DNA of 64,000 bases from NCBI GenBank assembly GCA_040772485.1, contig JAXGYC010000009.1, positions 224,001 to 288,000 on the forward strand, written 5' to 3'. The position numbers and the translations under genes were made by a program. This DNA is from Sedimentisphaerales bacterium (GTDB lineage Bacteria > Planctomycetota > Phycisphaerae > Sedimentisphaerales > Anaerobacaceae). This document shows positions 39,149 to 48,429 of the stretch, piece after piece (within the stretch, counting starts at the first letter, position 1; every line of letters begins with the position of its first letter). The notes beneath the pieces were generated by a model that worked only from the letters and a program-made list of their open reading frames with translations, was not told the DNA's origin and did no database searches.

Positions 39149-39771
39149 TGCGAGAGAAACGCTGGTTCCCCATCCTGTACATGTTTGGCGTGACGGCCTT
39201 CTTCAGTTCGATCATCATCGCCTTCGCGACGGTTACGCGGGGACGGGTGGAGGCCAACGCGGAACTGGCCTTCGAGAGGGCTGTTCTCGAGGTTGTGCCG
39301 GGGTTGTCCGGCGCGAACCTTGGCAATGCGGAGGTTCACCCGCGCTTTGCGGCAATGGTCGAAGAACCTACAGCGTCCTCCGGCGGCGCTTACCTCGTCA
39401 AGAAAGATGGCCAGGTCGTCGCCTATGCGCTGCCCTTCTTGGGGCAGGGATTCTGGGCGCCCATCGGGGGCATCCTCGGCATCGAGCCGGACCGGAAGAC
39501 CGTTACGGGGATCGCTTTCTACGAGCAGAACGAGACGCCCGGCCTGGGCGCCGAGATCACCAAGAAGCCGTTTCGCAGCCAGTTCAAGGGCAAGGTGCTC
39601 GCCTCTGGGGGAAAGCCCCTGGGCATGAAGCGCCCGGGAGCGGAATTGGACGACAGCAGCGTCCACGCCATCACCGGCGCGACGCAGACCAGCACGCGCC
39701 TCGACGCGATCATCAATGCTGCTCTGACCGAGTGGCAATCCAAGGTGGCCAGGGAGGGCGCGCGATCATGA
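39145..39771 (+). CDS. nqrC: NqrC/RnfG family FMN-binding subunit
   Basis: GQGFWAPIGG, QNETPGLGAEI, HAITGATQTS (FMN-Thr motif). Confidence 0.8.
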   Translation: MMREKRWFPILYMFGVTAFFSSIIIAFATVTRGRVEANAELAFERAVLEVVPGLSGANLGNAEVHPRFAAMVEEPTASSGGAYLVKKDGQVVAYALPFLGQGFWAPIGGILGIEPDRKTVTGIAFYEQNETPGLGAEITKKPFRSQFKGKVLASGGKPLGMKRPGAELDDSSVHAITGATQTSTRLDAIINAALTEWQSKVAREGARS

Positions 39772-40403
39772 CTGGTCCCGGCGGCGAATCCCAAACCCGG
39801 AAGATCATCCTGGCCGGTCTGTGGCGCGACAACCCGATCTTCAAACAAGTGCTCGGCATCTGCAGCACGCTGGCGGTGACGAATCTCGTGCTGAACACGG
39901 TCGTGATGTGCGTGGCGCTGGTGTTCACGATCGCCCTGAGTTCCGCCAGTGTCTCGCTGCTGCGCTCGATCACTCCTCGCAACATCCGGATGATGGTCGA
40001 GACGCTGATCATCGCGTTCTACGTCATTATCGTGGATATCCTGCTGAAGGCGTACTGGCCCGAAATGAGCGCCAACCTCGGTCCTTACGTCGGCCTGATC
40101 ATCACCAACTGCATCGTCATGGGCCGGTGCGAGGCGTTCGGCAACAGCAATCCGCCGGGCCGGGCGTTCCTCGACGGCGCCTTCAGCGCGCTGGGCTATT
40201 CCTTCATCCTGCTGATCATCGCGACGTTCCGCGAGGTGCTCGGGATGGGGACCTTCGCCGGGCTGGCGGTGCCGTTCTTCTCGGGGCCGGCGTGGGACAA
40301 GTGGATCATCATGGTGATGCCGCCGGGAGCCTTCTTCATGCTGGCCGTCGTGATATGGGTGTTTCGATCGATCCAGATCAGACTGGAGGCGAAGACCAAA
40401 TGA
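39768..40403 (+). CDS. nqrD: NqrD/RnfE family subunit
   Basis: DNPIFKQVLGICSTLAVT, VGLIITNCIVMGRCE, PPGAFF. Confidence 0.82.
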   Translation: MTGPGGESQTRKIILAGLWRDNPIFKQVLGICSTLAVTNLVLNTVVMCVALVFTIALSSASVSLLRSITPRNIRMMVETLIIAFYVIIVDILLKAYWPEMSANLGPYVGLIITNCIVMGRCEAFGNSNPPGRAFLDGAFSALGYSFILLIIATFREVLGMGTFAGLAVPFFSGPAWDKWIIMVMPPGAFFMLAVVIWVFRSIQIRLEAKTK

Positions 40404-41002
40404 ACCTCGGAGCGGAAATCTGGCAGGCGGTCACCGTGTGCGTCGCCGCGGTCTTCACACAGAACATCCTGCTGGCCTACTTCCTGGGCCTGTGTCCCTT
40501 CATCGGGGTCTCGCGCGAGGTCAAGACCGCTTTCGGACTCGGGGTGGCGGTGATCTTCGTCATGACGGCCACCACGCTGCTGAACTGGCTGGCGTATCGT
40601 TACGTGCTCCAGCCTTTGGGGCTGGAGTTCTTCCGTTTCATCCTGTTCATCGTCATCATCGCGGCGTTCGTGCAGTTCGTGGAAATGGCCATCGAACGGT
40701 TCTCGCCGTTCCTGTACCAGCAGCTCGGCGTGTTCCTTCCGCTGATCACGGTCAATTGCGCGATCCTCGGCGCGTCGCTGTTCATGGTGATTCGGGACTA
40801 CTCGTTTATCGTCACCATCGGCTATGGACTGGGCAGCGGCATCGGCTGGTTCCTGGCGATTATGGCGATGGCCGGCATCCGCCAGAAGCTGGCCAACGAG
40901 CGGATTCCCGCCGGATTGCAGGGGCCGGGAATCACGCTGATCATCGCCGGACTGATGGCGCTGGCGTTCATCGGATTCACCGGCGTGCTCCAGGGAAGGT
41001 GA
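40400..41002 (+). CDS. nqrE: NqrE/RnfA family subunit
   Basis: NILLAYFLGLCPFIGVS, LPLITVNCAILG, GLMALAFIGF. Confidence 0.82.
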   Translation: MNLGAEIWQAVTVCVAAVFTQNILLAYFLGLCPFIGVSREVKTAFGLGVAVIFVMTATTLLNWLAYRYVLQPLGLEFFRFILFIVIIAAFVQFVEMAIERFSPFLYQQLGVFLPLITVNCAILGASLFMVIRDYSFIVTIGYGLGSGIGWFLAIMAMAGIRQKLANERIPAGLQGPGITLIIAGLMALAFIGFTGVLQGR

Positions 41003-41010
41003 AAGCAAAG

Positions 41011-41095
41011 GTAGGGGCGAATAATGATTCGCCCGTACGCCATCCGCCGAAGGCGGATTCCGCCATTTTGATCTTTGCTTCTTGATTTTTGGTAT
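41011..41095. repeat. GTAG REP (41011-41038) plus 55-bp dispersed element (41041-41095)
   Basis: 41041-41095 is the reverse complement of 58548-58602 with 4 mismatches by my count. Confidence 0.85.
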
Positions 41096-41116
41096 GGTTT
41101 GTGGTGCGGGAGGTCA

Positions 41117-42220
41117 ATGATAGCGTCCATCCTGATCGCGGTTCTCGTTGTCAGCCTCATCGCAGGGGCTTTGGCGGCTGTTCTGGTCGTTGCGGAATAC
41201 TATCTGGCCAACTACGGTCCGTGCAAGATCACGGTCAACGAGGAGAAGGAGCTCACAGTCCAGGGAGGCAAAGACTTGCTCGGACTCCTGACTGCCGAGA
41301 AGCTGTTTATCCCCAGCGCCTGCGGCGGCCGCGCCACGTGCGGGCTCTGCAAGGTCAAGGTGCTCGAAGGGGCCGGTCCGATCCTGCCGACCGAGGAACC
41401 TTACCTGGACAAGGCCGAGAGGGAATCGAATGTTCGTCTGGCCTGTCAGGTGAAGGTCCGCCGCGACCTGCGGATTGAGATCCCGAAGGAGCTGCTGGCC
41501 ATCCGGGAATACGCCTGCCGCTGTGCGAAGATCGTCGACCTGACGCACGACATGAAGCTGTTCCGGCTGGAGCTGACCGACCCGGCCACCATCGAGTACA
41601 TTCCCGGCCAGTACGTGCAGTTGCGAACGCCTCCGTACGGCAAGAGCCGAAGCGAGGTCTACCGCGCCTACTCGATCGCGTCCGACCCGGCCGAGAAGGG
41701 AATCCTCGAGCTGATCATCCGGCTCGTGCCAGGCGGGATCTGCACGACGTACTGCTTCGAGCACCTCAAGGAAGGCGACGAGATGAGATTCAACGGCCCC
41801 TATGGAGATTTTCGGCTTTCGCAGTCGCCGTCTCCGATCGTCTTCATCGCCGGCGGCTCGGGCATGGCGCCGATCAAGTGCATGCTCCACCACATGAAGA
41901 ACACCGCCAACCCGCGCAAGGCGGTGTACTTCTTCGGGGCCAATGCGGTCAAGGAATTGTGTCTGACCGATCTGATGCGGCAGTTCGAATCGGAGCTGGC
42001 CGATTTCCGCTTTGTGCCGGTTGTCGCCTCCACGCAAGACAGCTCCGACTGGGATGGCGAAACGGGCCTGGTGACCGAGGCCGTTAAGCGCGGACTGACC
42101 AATGCGTCGGAACAGGAAGCGTACTTGTGCGGTAGTCCGGGCATGATCGACGCCTGCATCAAGGTCCTGACGGGCCTGGGCATGCCCGAGACGAGCATCT
42201 TCTACGACAAATTCGCGTAG
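41117..42220 (+). CDS. nqrF: NqrF-like NADH-oxidising subunit (TM + 2Fe-2S + FAD/NAD domains)
   Basis: IPSACGGRATCGLC...RLACQVK (2Fe-2S); RAYSIAS, GPYGDF, IAGGSGMAP, YLCGSP. Confidence 0.8.
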   Translation: MIASILIAVLVVSLIAGALAAVLVVAEYYLANYGPCKITVNEEKELTVQGGKDLLGLLTAEKLFIPSACGGRATCGLCKVKVLEGAGPILPTEEPYLDKAERESNVRLACQVKVRRDLRIEIPKELLAIREYACRCAKIVDLTHDMKLFRLELTDPATIEYIPGQYVQLRTPPYGKSRSEVYRAYSIASDPAEKGILELIIRLVPGGICTTYCFEHLKEGDEMRFNGPYGDFRLSQSPSPIVFIAGGSGMAPIKCMLHHMKNTANPRKAVYFFGANAVKELCLTDLMRQFESELADFRFVPVVASTQDSSDWDGETGLVTEAVKRGLTNASEQEAYLCGSPGMIDACIKVLTGLGMPETSIFYDKFA

Positions 42221-42245
42221 GAGCGATCGCGATGAGGAATGCCAC

Positions 42246-42698
42246 ATGAAACAGTCGCCCGACATGCAGAAACTGGAACAGCTTCTCCGGTCGTCAACCC
42301 TCGTGGCCGGCGGCTTCATGGGCAGCGATCCGCGCAACGTCGTCGACGTGATCGAGGCCGACGCGGCTGAATTGTTTCGACTGGGCGTTACATTGGAGCA
42401 GCTTGGCGCCCGAATGACCGAGATCGCGGAGGCCGCCGGGAAAGGGCTGGGAACCTGGGTCAAGATCGACGAGGCCCGCGAAGCCGTGATCGACGAGGCC
42501 CGCGGGCAGATGGCCTGTCCCTGGCCGCACGAGGCGCGCTTCCGCAAGACCGTCACCACGGTCCGCCGGACGGACTCGGGCCAGACTGTCCGATGGTCCG
42601 ACCTGAACGCCCATTTGATCGGCGTCCACGGCTTCTTCGAGGGCAGGGGGTCCACCTTCCGCATCGATCCGGCCCTCCTGGTGCGAGTCATCTTCTGA
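42246..42698 (+). CDS. Conserved-looking hypothetical protein at the end of the nqr-like operon
   Basis: GAGG RBS; GFMGSDPR, CPWPH and HLIGVHGFFEGRGSTFRIDP segments. Confidence 0.7.
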   Translation: MKQSPDMQKLEQLLRSSTLVAGGFMGSDPRNVVDVIEADAAELFRLGVTLEQLGARMTEIAEAAGKGLGTWVKIDEAREAVIDEARGQMACPWPHEARFRKTVTTVRRTDSGQTVRWSDLNAHLIGVHGFFEGRGSTFRIDPALLVRVIF

Positions 42699-42710
42699 CG
42701 ATGCCCTGAC

Positions 42711-42780
42711 TTAGGTCCTTTACGTCCCTTAGGTCCTTCAGGACCCAAGAAATGCCGCATGGGCTTCAAGCCTATCCTGC
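42711..42780. repeat. 9-bp periodic repeat plus GTAGGATGGG-type REP
   Basis: ttaggtcct ttacgtccc ttaggtcct (cf. 62192-62259); 42754-42780 is reverse-complement similar to 51001-51024. Confidence 0.65.
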
Positions 42781-42862
42781 GGAGGTCTACCCAATCGGGG
42801 ACGTTTCGTGTATGATGGGTCTGCGCCTGGACCATAGCCGAAACCGCACGAGAGGTACCCTG

Positions 42863-43582
42863 ATGCACCTGAATCGCGTCGTCTTTCACCCGGAGACCTA
42901 TCCGACCCGCGAGCACTATCCGTTCAATCTCGACATCTTCCATCGGACCGGACAAATCGCGTTGGACCGCCCGGTGACGATGTTCGTCGGCGAGAACGGC
43001 ACCGGCAAATCGACGCTGCTCGAAGCGATGGCTCGCAAGGCCGGCATCCACATCTGGCAGGAGCGCGGCCGGACACGCTTCCGATACAACCCCTACGAGA
43101 ACCAGTTCCATCGGTGCATCTCGGTGGAATGGGCCGACGGCTGGGTGCCCGGCTCATTCTTCGGATCGTCGGTGTTCCAGGACTTCGCTCGGATACTGGA
43201 CGAGTGGGCCGCCAGCGATCCGGGCCAACTCGAATACTTCGGAGGCAAATCGCTGCTGACCCAGTCGCACGGCCAGTCGATCATGTCGTTCTTCAAGGCC
43301 CGCTACGGGATCAGGGGACTCTATCTGATGGACGAGCCAGAAACCGCACTGTCGCCGGTGACGCAGATCGCGTTGCTGAAGCTGCTGGGCCGGATGGCGG
43401 CCGCCGGACACGCGCAGTTCATCATCGCGACGCATTCGCCCATCCTGCTGGCCTGCCCCGGCGCCACCATCTACAGCTTCGACCAAACGCCGATTGGACC
43501 TGTTGCCTACGAACAGACCCCGCACTATCAGACGTACAAAGACTTCATGAACGATCCGAAGAAGTACTGCGAGGATCGGTGA
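42863..43582 (+). CDS. Predicted ABC/AAA-type ATPase (COG3910-like)
   Basis: GENGTGKST, SHGQS signature, LMDEPETALSP, IATHSPILL. Confidence 0.9.
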   Translation: MHLNRVVFHPETYPTREHYPFNLDIFHRTGQIALDRPVTMFVGENGTGKSTLLEAMARKAGIHIWQERGRTRFRYNPYENQFHRCISVEWADGWVPGSFFGSSVFQDFARILDEWAASDPGQLEYFGGKSLLTQSHGQSIMSFFKARYGIRGLYLMDEPETALSPVTQIALLKLLGRMAAAGHAQFIIATHSPILLACPGATIYSFDQTPIGPVAYEQTPHYQTYKDFMNDPKKYCEDR

Positions 43583-43606
43583 TTGAAGCCTTGGAGGACA
43601 TCGAAG

Positions 43607-44749
43607 ATGGCCGGAAAGCGACACAATTTCCGAATGATGGTTGCCTGGCTGGTGGCCGGGGTGTTTCTGACATCCATGTGCTGGGCGGCTGGCGACGGAA
43701 CGATGGAGAGGATTCGTTCCAGCGACGATGGGAGCCATTTCGTCGGCGTCGAATCAGGCCGGCGCTTCGTGGCCTGGGGTGTGAATTACGATCACGATGA
43801 CGCCGGACGTCTGCTCGAAGACTACTGGCAGAACGAATGGCCCACCGTCGTGGAGGACTTCGGCGAGATCAAGGCGCTCGGCGCCAACGTCGTTCGGATC
43901 CACTTGCAGGTCGGGCGATTCATGAACACGCCGCAGGAGCCCAACGGCGCGTCGCTGTCCCGGCTGGCGGACCTCGTGAAGCTGGCCGAGCGAACGGGGC
44001 TTTATCTCGACGTCACCGGTCTGGGCTGCTACCACAAGAAAGACGTGCCCGCCTGGTACGACGCGATGAACGAGGCGCAGCGATGGGATGTTCAGACGCG
44101 GTTCTGGGAGGCGGTCGCCAAGACGTGCGCCGGCAGCGACGCGATCTTCTGCTACGACCTGATGAACGAGCCGATCCTGCCCGGCGGCGACAAGGTTGAG
44201 ACCGACTGGCTGGCAGGCGACTTCGCGGGCAAGCATTTCGTCCAGCGGATCACGCTCGATCTGGCTGGACGCCGCCGGGAGCAGGTCGCCAAGGCGTGGG
44301 TCGACCGGCTTGTCGCCGCCATCCGCAAGCACGATGACCGGCACATGGTCACGGTCGGCGTGATCCCGTGGGCGCTGACGTGGCCGAAGGCCAAGCCCCT
44401 TTTCTACTCCAAAGAGGTCAGCGAGAACCTCGACTTCGCCAGCGTGCACTTCTATCCAAAAAGTGGCGAGATCGAGAAGGCCCTGGCCGCGCTGGCGGTC
44501 TATGAGATCGGCAAGCCCCTGGTGATCGAGGAGATGTTCCCGCTGAGCTGTAGCGTCAATGAGATGGACGCATTCATCGACGGCTCGCGAAAGATCGCCG
44601 ACGGTTACATCAGCTTCTACTGGGGCAAGACCATCGAGGAATACGGCAGCGGACAGCACGACCTGGCCGCCATGCTCATCACCGGCTGGCTCAAGTACTT
44701 CCGCGCCAAGATCCCCGACATCCTCCGTCTGGGTGAGTCTGCTGATTAG
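43607..44749 (+). CDS. GH5-like (cellulase family) glycoside hydrolase
   Basis: Signal peptide; GANVVRIH, YDLMNEP (acid/base), SVHFYP, LVIEEMF (nucleophile). Confidence 0.85.
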   Translation: MAGKRHNFRMMVAWLVAGVFLTSMCWAAGDGTMERIRSSDDGSHFVGVESGRRFVAWGVNYDHDDAGRLLEDYWQNEWPTVVEDFGEIKALGANVVRIHLQVGRFMNTPQEPNGASLSRLADLVKLAERTGLYLDVTGLGCYHKKDVPAWYDAMNEAQRWDVQTRFWEAVAKTCAGSDAIFCYDLMNEPILPGGDKVETDWLAGDFAGKHFVQRITLDLAGRRREQVAKAWVDRLVAAIRKHDDRHMVTVGVIPWALTWPKAKPLFYSKEVSENLDFASVHFYPKSGEIEKALAALAVYEIGKPLVIEEMFPLSCSVNEMDAFIDGSRKIADGYISFYWGKTIEEYGSGQHDLAAMLITGWLKYFRAKIPDILRLGESAD

Positions 44750-45302
44750 CTCGGGATTCTTGTGCAGGCAGAAGGTGCAAGCAAGCCTTTCGGAGGCTGG
44801 ATTGTGGAACGAGGCAGTAGTGACAACGAACTGAACCGTGTGTGGTCAAAGGTATATAGCCACAGCTTCATCATCGATCTCTCGGATATCCGGAACCTGC
44901 TCGGAAGCGAGGAGCCGGAGGATCGTCTTTGCGGATTGGTGTGGCTGCGGCGCTGGATTCAGGAGCGGAGTGTCCATACGGAATTCTTCGATCTGGCGGA
45001 GCCTTTGATTGAGGATTCAAACAACAACTGCCGGTGGCAGGCGTTGATTCTGATCGGGAATTTATTGAGAGCGAGCCGGACAGGGTCTGGCCGATCATCG
45101 AGAAACACGCACAAAGCGACGACGAAGACATGCGTGCGGCGGTCGCCACACTGTTGCTCGAACACCTGCTTGAACGGCACCCGCAGTATGAGGGCCTTGT
45201 CGCAAGACCATCGAGGAACACGGCAGCGGCCAACACGACCTCGCCGCCATGCTCATCACCGGCTGGCTCAAGTACTTCCGCACCAAAACCCCCGCTATCC
45301 TC
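44625..45302 (+). repeat. 101-bp direct repeat: 44625-44725 (GH5 3' end) and 45202-45302
   Basis: Gap-free alignment with 9 mismatches by my count. Confidence 0.92.
44762..45201 (+). pseudogene. Frameshifted, truncated helical (HEAT-like) protein remnant
   Basis: ...CRWQALILIG joins EFIESEPDRVW...MRAAVATLLLEHLLE in another frame if one base is restored near GGG 45056-45058; start unclear. Confidence 0.55.
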
Positions 45303-45332
45303 GATATGTACCGTGACACGAATTGATCCGAC

Positions 45333-48050
45333 TCACCTCCACGTGCGGGTGCGGTCGGTGCGCCGGTGGAAGCCGGCGGACATGGATTGGGCACGGGCCT
45401 TCAGCAGCGACTGGCGGCCTTCGGGGTTTCGCGTGTAGATCAGCTCGCAGGGGCCGACGTAGCGGGCCCACATCCTGCGGAAGTGCTCGGCGGATTCCCT
45501 GTTTCTTGCGAGGGTTTTAGGCACAGCATAGTAGTGCTTCTGCATCAGCAGTCTGAGCGGACTCTTTCGCACGAGGATATAGCGCGGGTCGTCGACGGGT
45601 CCGAGCAATTCCTGGAGAGCGTCGAGGAAGACCGAGCGTTCTCGGGTGGCCCCGCCCTTGAGCGAGCAGGTGACGAAACCGTAGTCGCGGCGTTGCGCGA
45701 TCACCCGGGGCCGGGCGTGGCGGGCGTCGACGATGCTCGCCTGCACCAGGGCCTTGAGCAGCGCCTTGCCGACCTGCTTGAGGCTCGAGGCGACCGGCCC
45801 GTGACGAAGCAACAGCCACAGGGCCTTGAAGAACTTCGGTAAGGCCGCTATCGCCGCCAGGGCCGAGGCGACCGCCAACAGGATCATCAGCACGCGCAAA
45901 CCCGATGACTCTTGGGATCGGGACATCAGCACCGAGACGATCGACACACCCCAGAAGCAGACCTGCCACAGCGCTGCGAGAATCGCTCGGACGAAGACGA
46001 AATCGCGCGGCAGCGCCAACGGCGAGGTGGTGACCTCCTCCTGCATGGCCCCAAGGCGGGCGGAGGCGAGCGCCAGCTCCCATCGCGTTCGCAGCCCATC
46101 GCGATCGCGGGCCTGCTGCATCATCACCGCGTTGATGTGGTCGATGCGCTCCTGATTGTAGGGAGGGTTGCCGAGCCCGATCCGGGCCAGGCCGCTCTCG
46201 ATCGTGCTCCTCTTGAACGAGACACCTACGAAGGCTTTGAACCGCCGGATCAGTGTGTCGAGGTCTTCTCCCGGCTCGGCGATGCCTTCCTCCTGGCAAA
46301 CGAGGTGCCAGATGTTGGCGGTCTTGGCTGGGTTTCCCTCCACCGTTCGGATGGCGCGGCCCCGCATCTGGTTGCTGAGCATGTACGAGCCGACGAAACT
46401 CGCCAGGACGAGCGCGTTGACCGCCGGCGCATCCCACCCCTCGCCCAGAAGCGACGTTGTCCCGACCAGCACGGTGACGCCGCCTTGGCGGAACAGGTTC
46501 GTGATAAGGGCGACGATCTTCTGCTTGTCGGGTCCGCGGACGACGACCTCGCAGAGCCGCTCGTCGTGGGCCAGCGGCCTGCAGTCGAGATTCGCCGGGT
46601 CGATTCCCAGTTCGACGGCGACGGTTTGCAGCGATTCCTGCGTGTCGGTGGGGACGACGGTCAGCGTTCCTGTGAGGATACCGAGTCGGACGCCGGAAGC
46701 TACGCTGCGACGTATCTGCTCGAAGATCGGCACGACGCCCAATCGCTTGAGGGGCTTGGCGTCAGCGGGGTCTTTGGGGAAATCGGCACTGCGCACGAAG
46801 TCGGTCAGGACCACCATTCGCAGATTCGACCCGAGAGATTCGCTCTCGATCCGGACGATGTCTTCGATGCTCTTGAGCTTCGAGGCGCTTCGCGTCAGCA
46901 GTTGCGCGGTCCGGCTGGTGCTGCGCAGGCTCACCGTGCGCCGCTCGATTGCACCGATGCGCTTGAGGTCGCGCGCGATCGGCTGGAACAGACCTTTGTG
47001 GGCCTCGAAGGACTTGGCATGCGTGTAGAGACAGCCCGTCAGCAGGGTCTCCAGCCATTCGAGCTTCAGGCCGGGACATTCGCGAGCCGTCAGGCCGATG
47101 ACGCTCAGCAGCTTCCTCGGGGGCCGGCTCCGAACGTGGTGCAGAAAGAACGCAATGCTCGAATAGAAACCCGGATCAGCCAGAATCTCTTCGATATGCG
47201 CCGCAGGCTCACGGACGCGCGGGTCGCTCTCCAACGCCTCGACGAAGGCCTGATTGGCGACCAGAGCCTTGACGCAGGCGTCCACTTCCCGGCGGAACTC
47301 GTGGAGCTCGGCCTGCTCGGCCCGCAGCGGCGTCGAAAGATACACGTAGTCCTGGTGCGGGCAGAGGTTCTTCTCCTGCACCAGTTCGGGCACGGTGATC
47401 TCCGCATCGATGGGGCCGCACAGATCGACGTACCGCTCCCACTCGAATGGTGAAACGTCGAACGGCGCCGTGGCCGTCAGCGCCACGACCGTGGGCTTGT
47501 CAAGATGCTTCTTCATGTCGATCAGGCATCGCCACCATTCGTTCCTCAGATGGTGCGCCTCGTCCAGCACGAGCGTGCGGATGCCCAAGCCGCTCAACTT
47601 CTTCAGCAACGCGTCTCTGGCCGCCGATCGGAATCCGCCTTTCCCGGTCTTTTCCCTGGGCGGCTGCCGTTCCTGGCTCTCCTCCTCTTCCGTCCGGCCG
47701 CTGTAGACACTGTGCAGACCCTGGTAGGTGGAGACCGTGAGGAATCGCGGGTTGCGAATGTCTCTCGACATCCAGTCGGGCAGGCCCGGCCCACCCGCCG
47801 CAGGCGGGCAGAACAGGCCGAGGAGACGATCGATCCACTGATCGCGGATAGCGACGGTCGGAGTGAAGATCAGCGTGGGCCGGTTCAGCCGGCGGACCAC
47901 CTCCAGGCCCAGCACCGTCTTGCCGGAGCCGGGCGCTGCGACGATGTGCAGGTGGTCGTCGTCGAGATAGTCGTCCAGTTCCGACAGCACACGCTGCTGG
48001 TAGCGGCGCCAGGGCTTGCGGAATTGGATGTTCGACGGGAACGTTTTCAC
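45333..48050 (-). CDS. SF2 DEAD/DEAH-box (ResIII-like) helicase with C-terminal TM segments
   Basis: APGSGKT, LDEAHH, LTAT, LGEGWD, QMRGRAIR; two hydrophobic helices near the C-terminus. Confidence 0.88.
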   Translation of the reverse strand: MKTFPSNIQFRKPWRRYQQRVLSELDDYLDDDHLHIVAAPGSGKTVLGLEVVRRLNRPTLIFTPTVAIRDQWIDRLLGLFCPPAAGGPGLPDWMSRDIRNPRFLTVSTYQGLHSVYSGRTEEEESQERQPPREKTGKGGFRSAARDALLKKLSGLGIRTLVLDEAHHLRNEWWRCLIDMKKHLDKPTVVALTATAPFDVSPFEWERYVDLCGPIDAEITVPELVQEKNLCPHQDYVYLSTPLRAEQAELHEFRREVDACVKALVANQAFVEALESDPRVREPAAHIEEILADPGFYSSIAFFLHHVRSRPPRKLLSVIGLTARECPGLKLEWLETLLTGCLYTHAKSFEAHKGLFQPIARDLKRIGAIERRTVSLRSTSRTAQLLTRSASKLKSIEDIVRIESESLGSNLRMVVLTDFVRSADFPKDPADAKPLKRLGVVPIFEQIRRSVASGVRLGILTGTLTVVPTDTQESLQTVAVELGIDPANLDCRPLAHDERLCEVVVRGPDKQKIVALITNLFRQGGVTVLVGTTSLLGEGWDAPAVNALVLASFVGSYMLSNQMRGRAIRTVEGNPAKTANIWHLVCQEEGIAEPGEDLDTLIRRFKAFVGVSFKRSTIESGLARIGLGNPPYNQERIDHINAVMMQQARDRDGLRTRWELALASARLGAMQEEVTTSPLALPRDFVFVRAILAALWQVCFWGVSIVSVLMSRSQESSGLRVLMILLAVASALAAIAALPKFFKALWLLLRHGPVASSLKQVGKALLKALVQASIVDARHARPRVIAQRRDYGFVTCSLKGGATRERSVFLDALQELLGPVDDPRYILVRKSPLRLLMQKHYYAVPKTLARNRESAEHFRRMWARYVGPCELIYTRNPEGRQSLLKARAQSMSAGFHRRTDRTRTWR

Positions 48051-48416
48051 CTACGAGGCCCGGAGAACGAAATGCCAGTAGCCGAAGGCTGCCAGAACCT
48101 GCACGACCACGATACCGACAAAGACCATCCTGAATTTGAGCTTCTGCGTCTTGTGTCGGAACACTGCCTGCGCCAGCAGCGCTCCCGGGCTGCCTCCGAT
48201 CAACGCCGCCAGATGGAGAATCACCTCCGGCACGCGGCCTCCGCCTGCGATGGCCTGCCGCTTGTCATAGCCATAGAGCAGCACAGTCACGGCGTTGATC
48301 CCGACGAGATACGCATACAGCCCCGCCAGACCCAACCACCAGAGCAGGGCAGAGACCACAGCGACGAGAATCGCCAATATGCAGAGAAACGTCTTTTTCG
48401 GTCGGCGCCGGGTCAT
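48051..48416 (-). CDS. DUF1294 family membrane protein
   Basis: LYGYDKRQA, RVPE, GGSPGA, FRHKTQK motifs. Confidence 0.88.
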   Translation of the reverse strand: MTRRRPKKTFLCILAILVAVVSALLWWLGLAGLYAYLVGINAVTVLLYGYDKRQAIAGGGRVPEVILHLAALIGGSPGALLAQAVFRHKTQKLKFRMVFVGIVVVQVLAAFGYWHFVLRAS

Positions 48417-48429
48417 TCTCGGTCCCGCC

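Noticed and set aside
44625..45302. 101-bp repeat pair as DGR template/variable repeats
   Set aside because: Mismatches are not confined to adenines of either copy on either strand, several are synonymous, and no reverse transcriptase is in the window.
45333..48050. Type III restriction Res subunit
   Set aside because: No adjacent methyltransferase and no evident PD-(D/E)xK nuclease tail; the C-terminus is hydrophobic instead.
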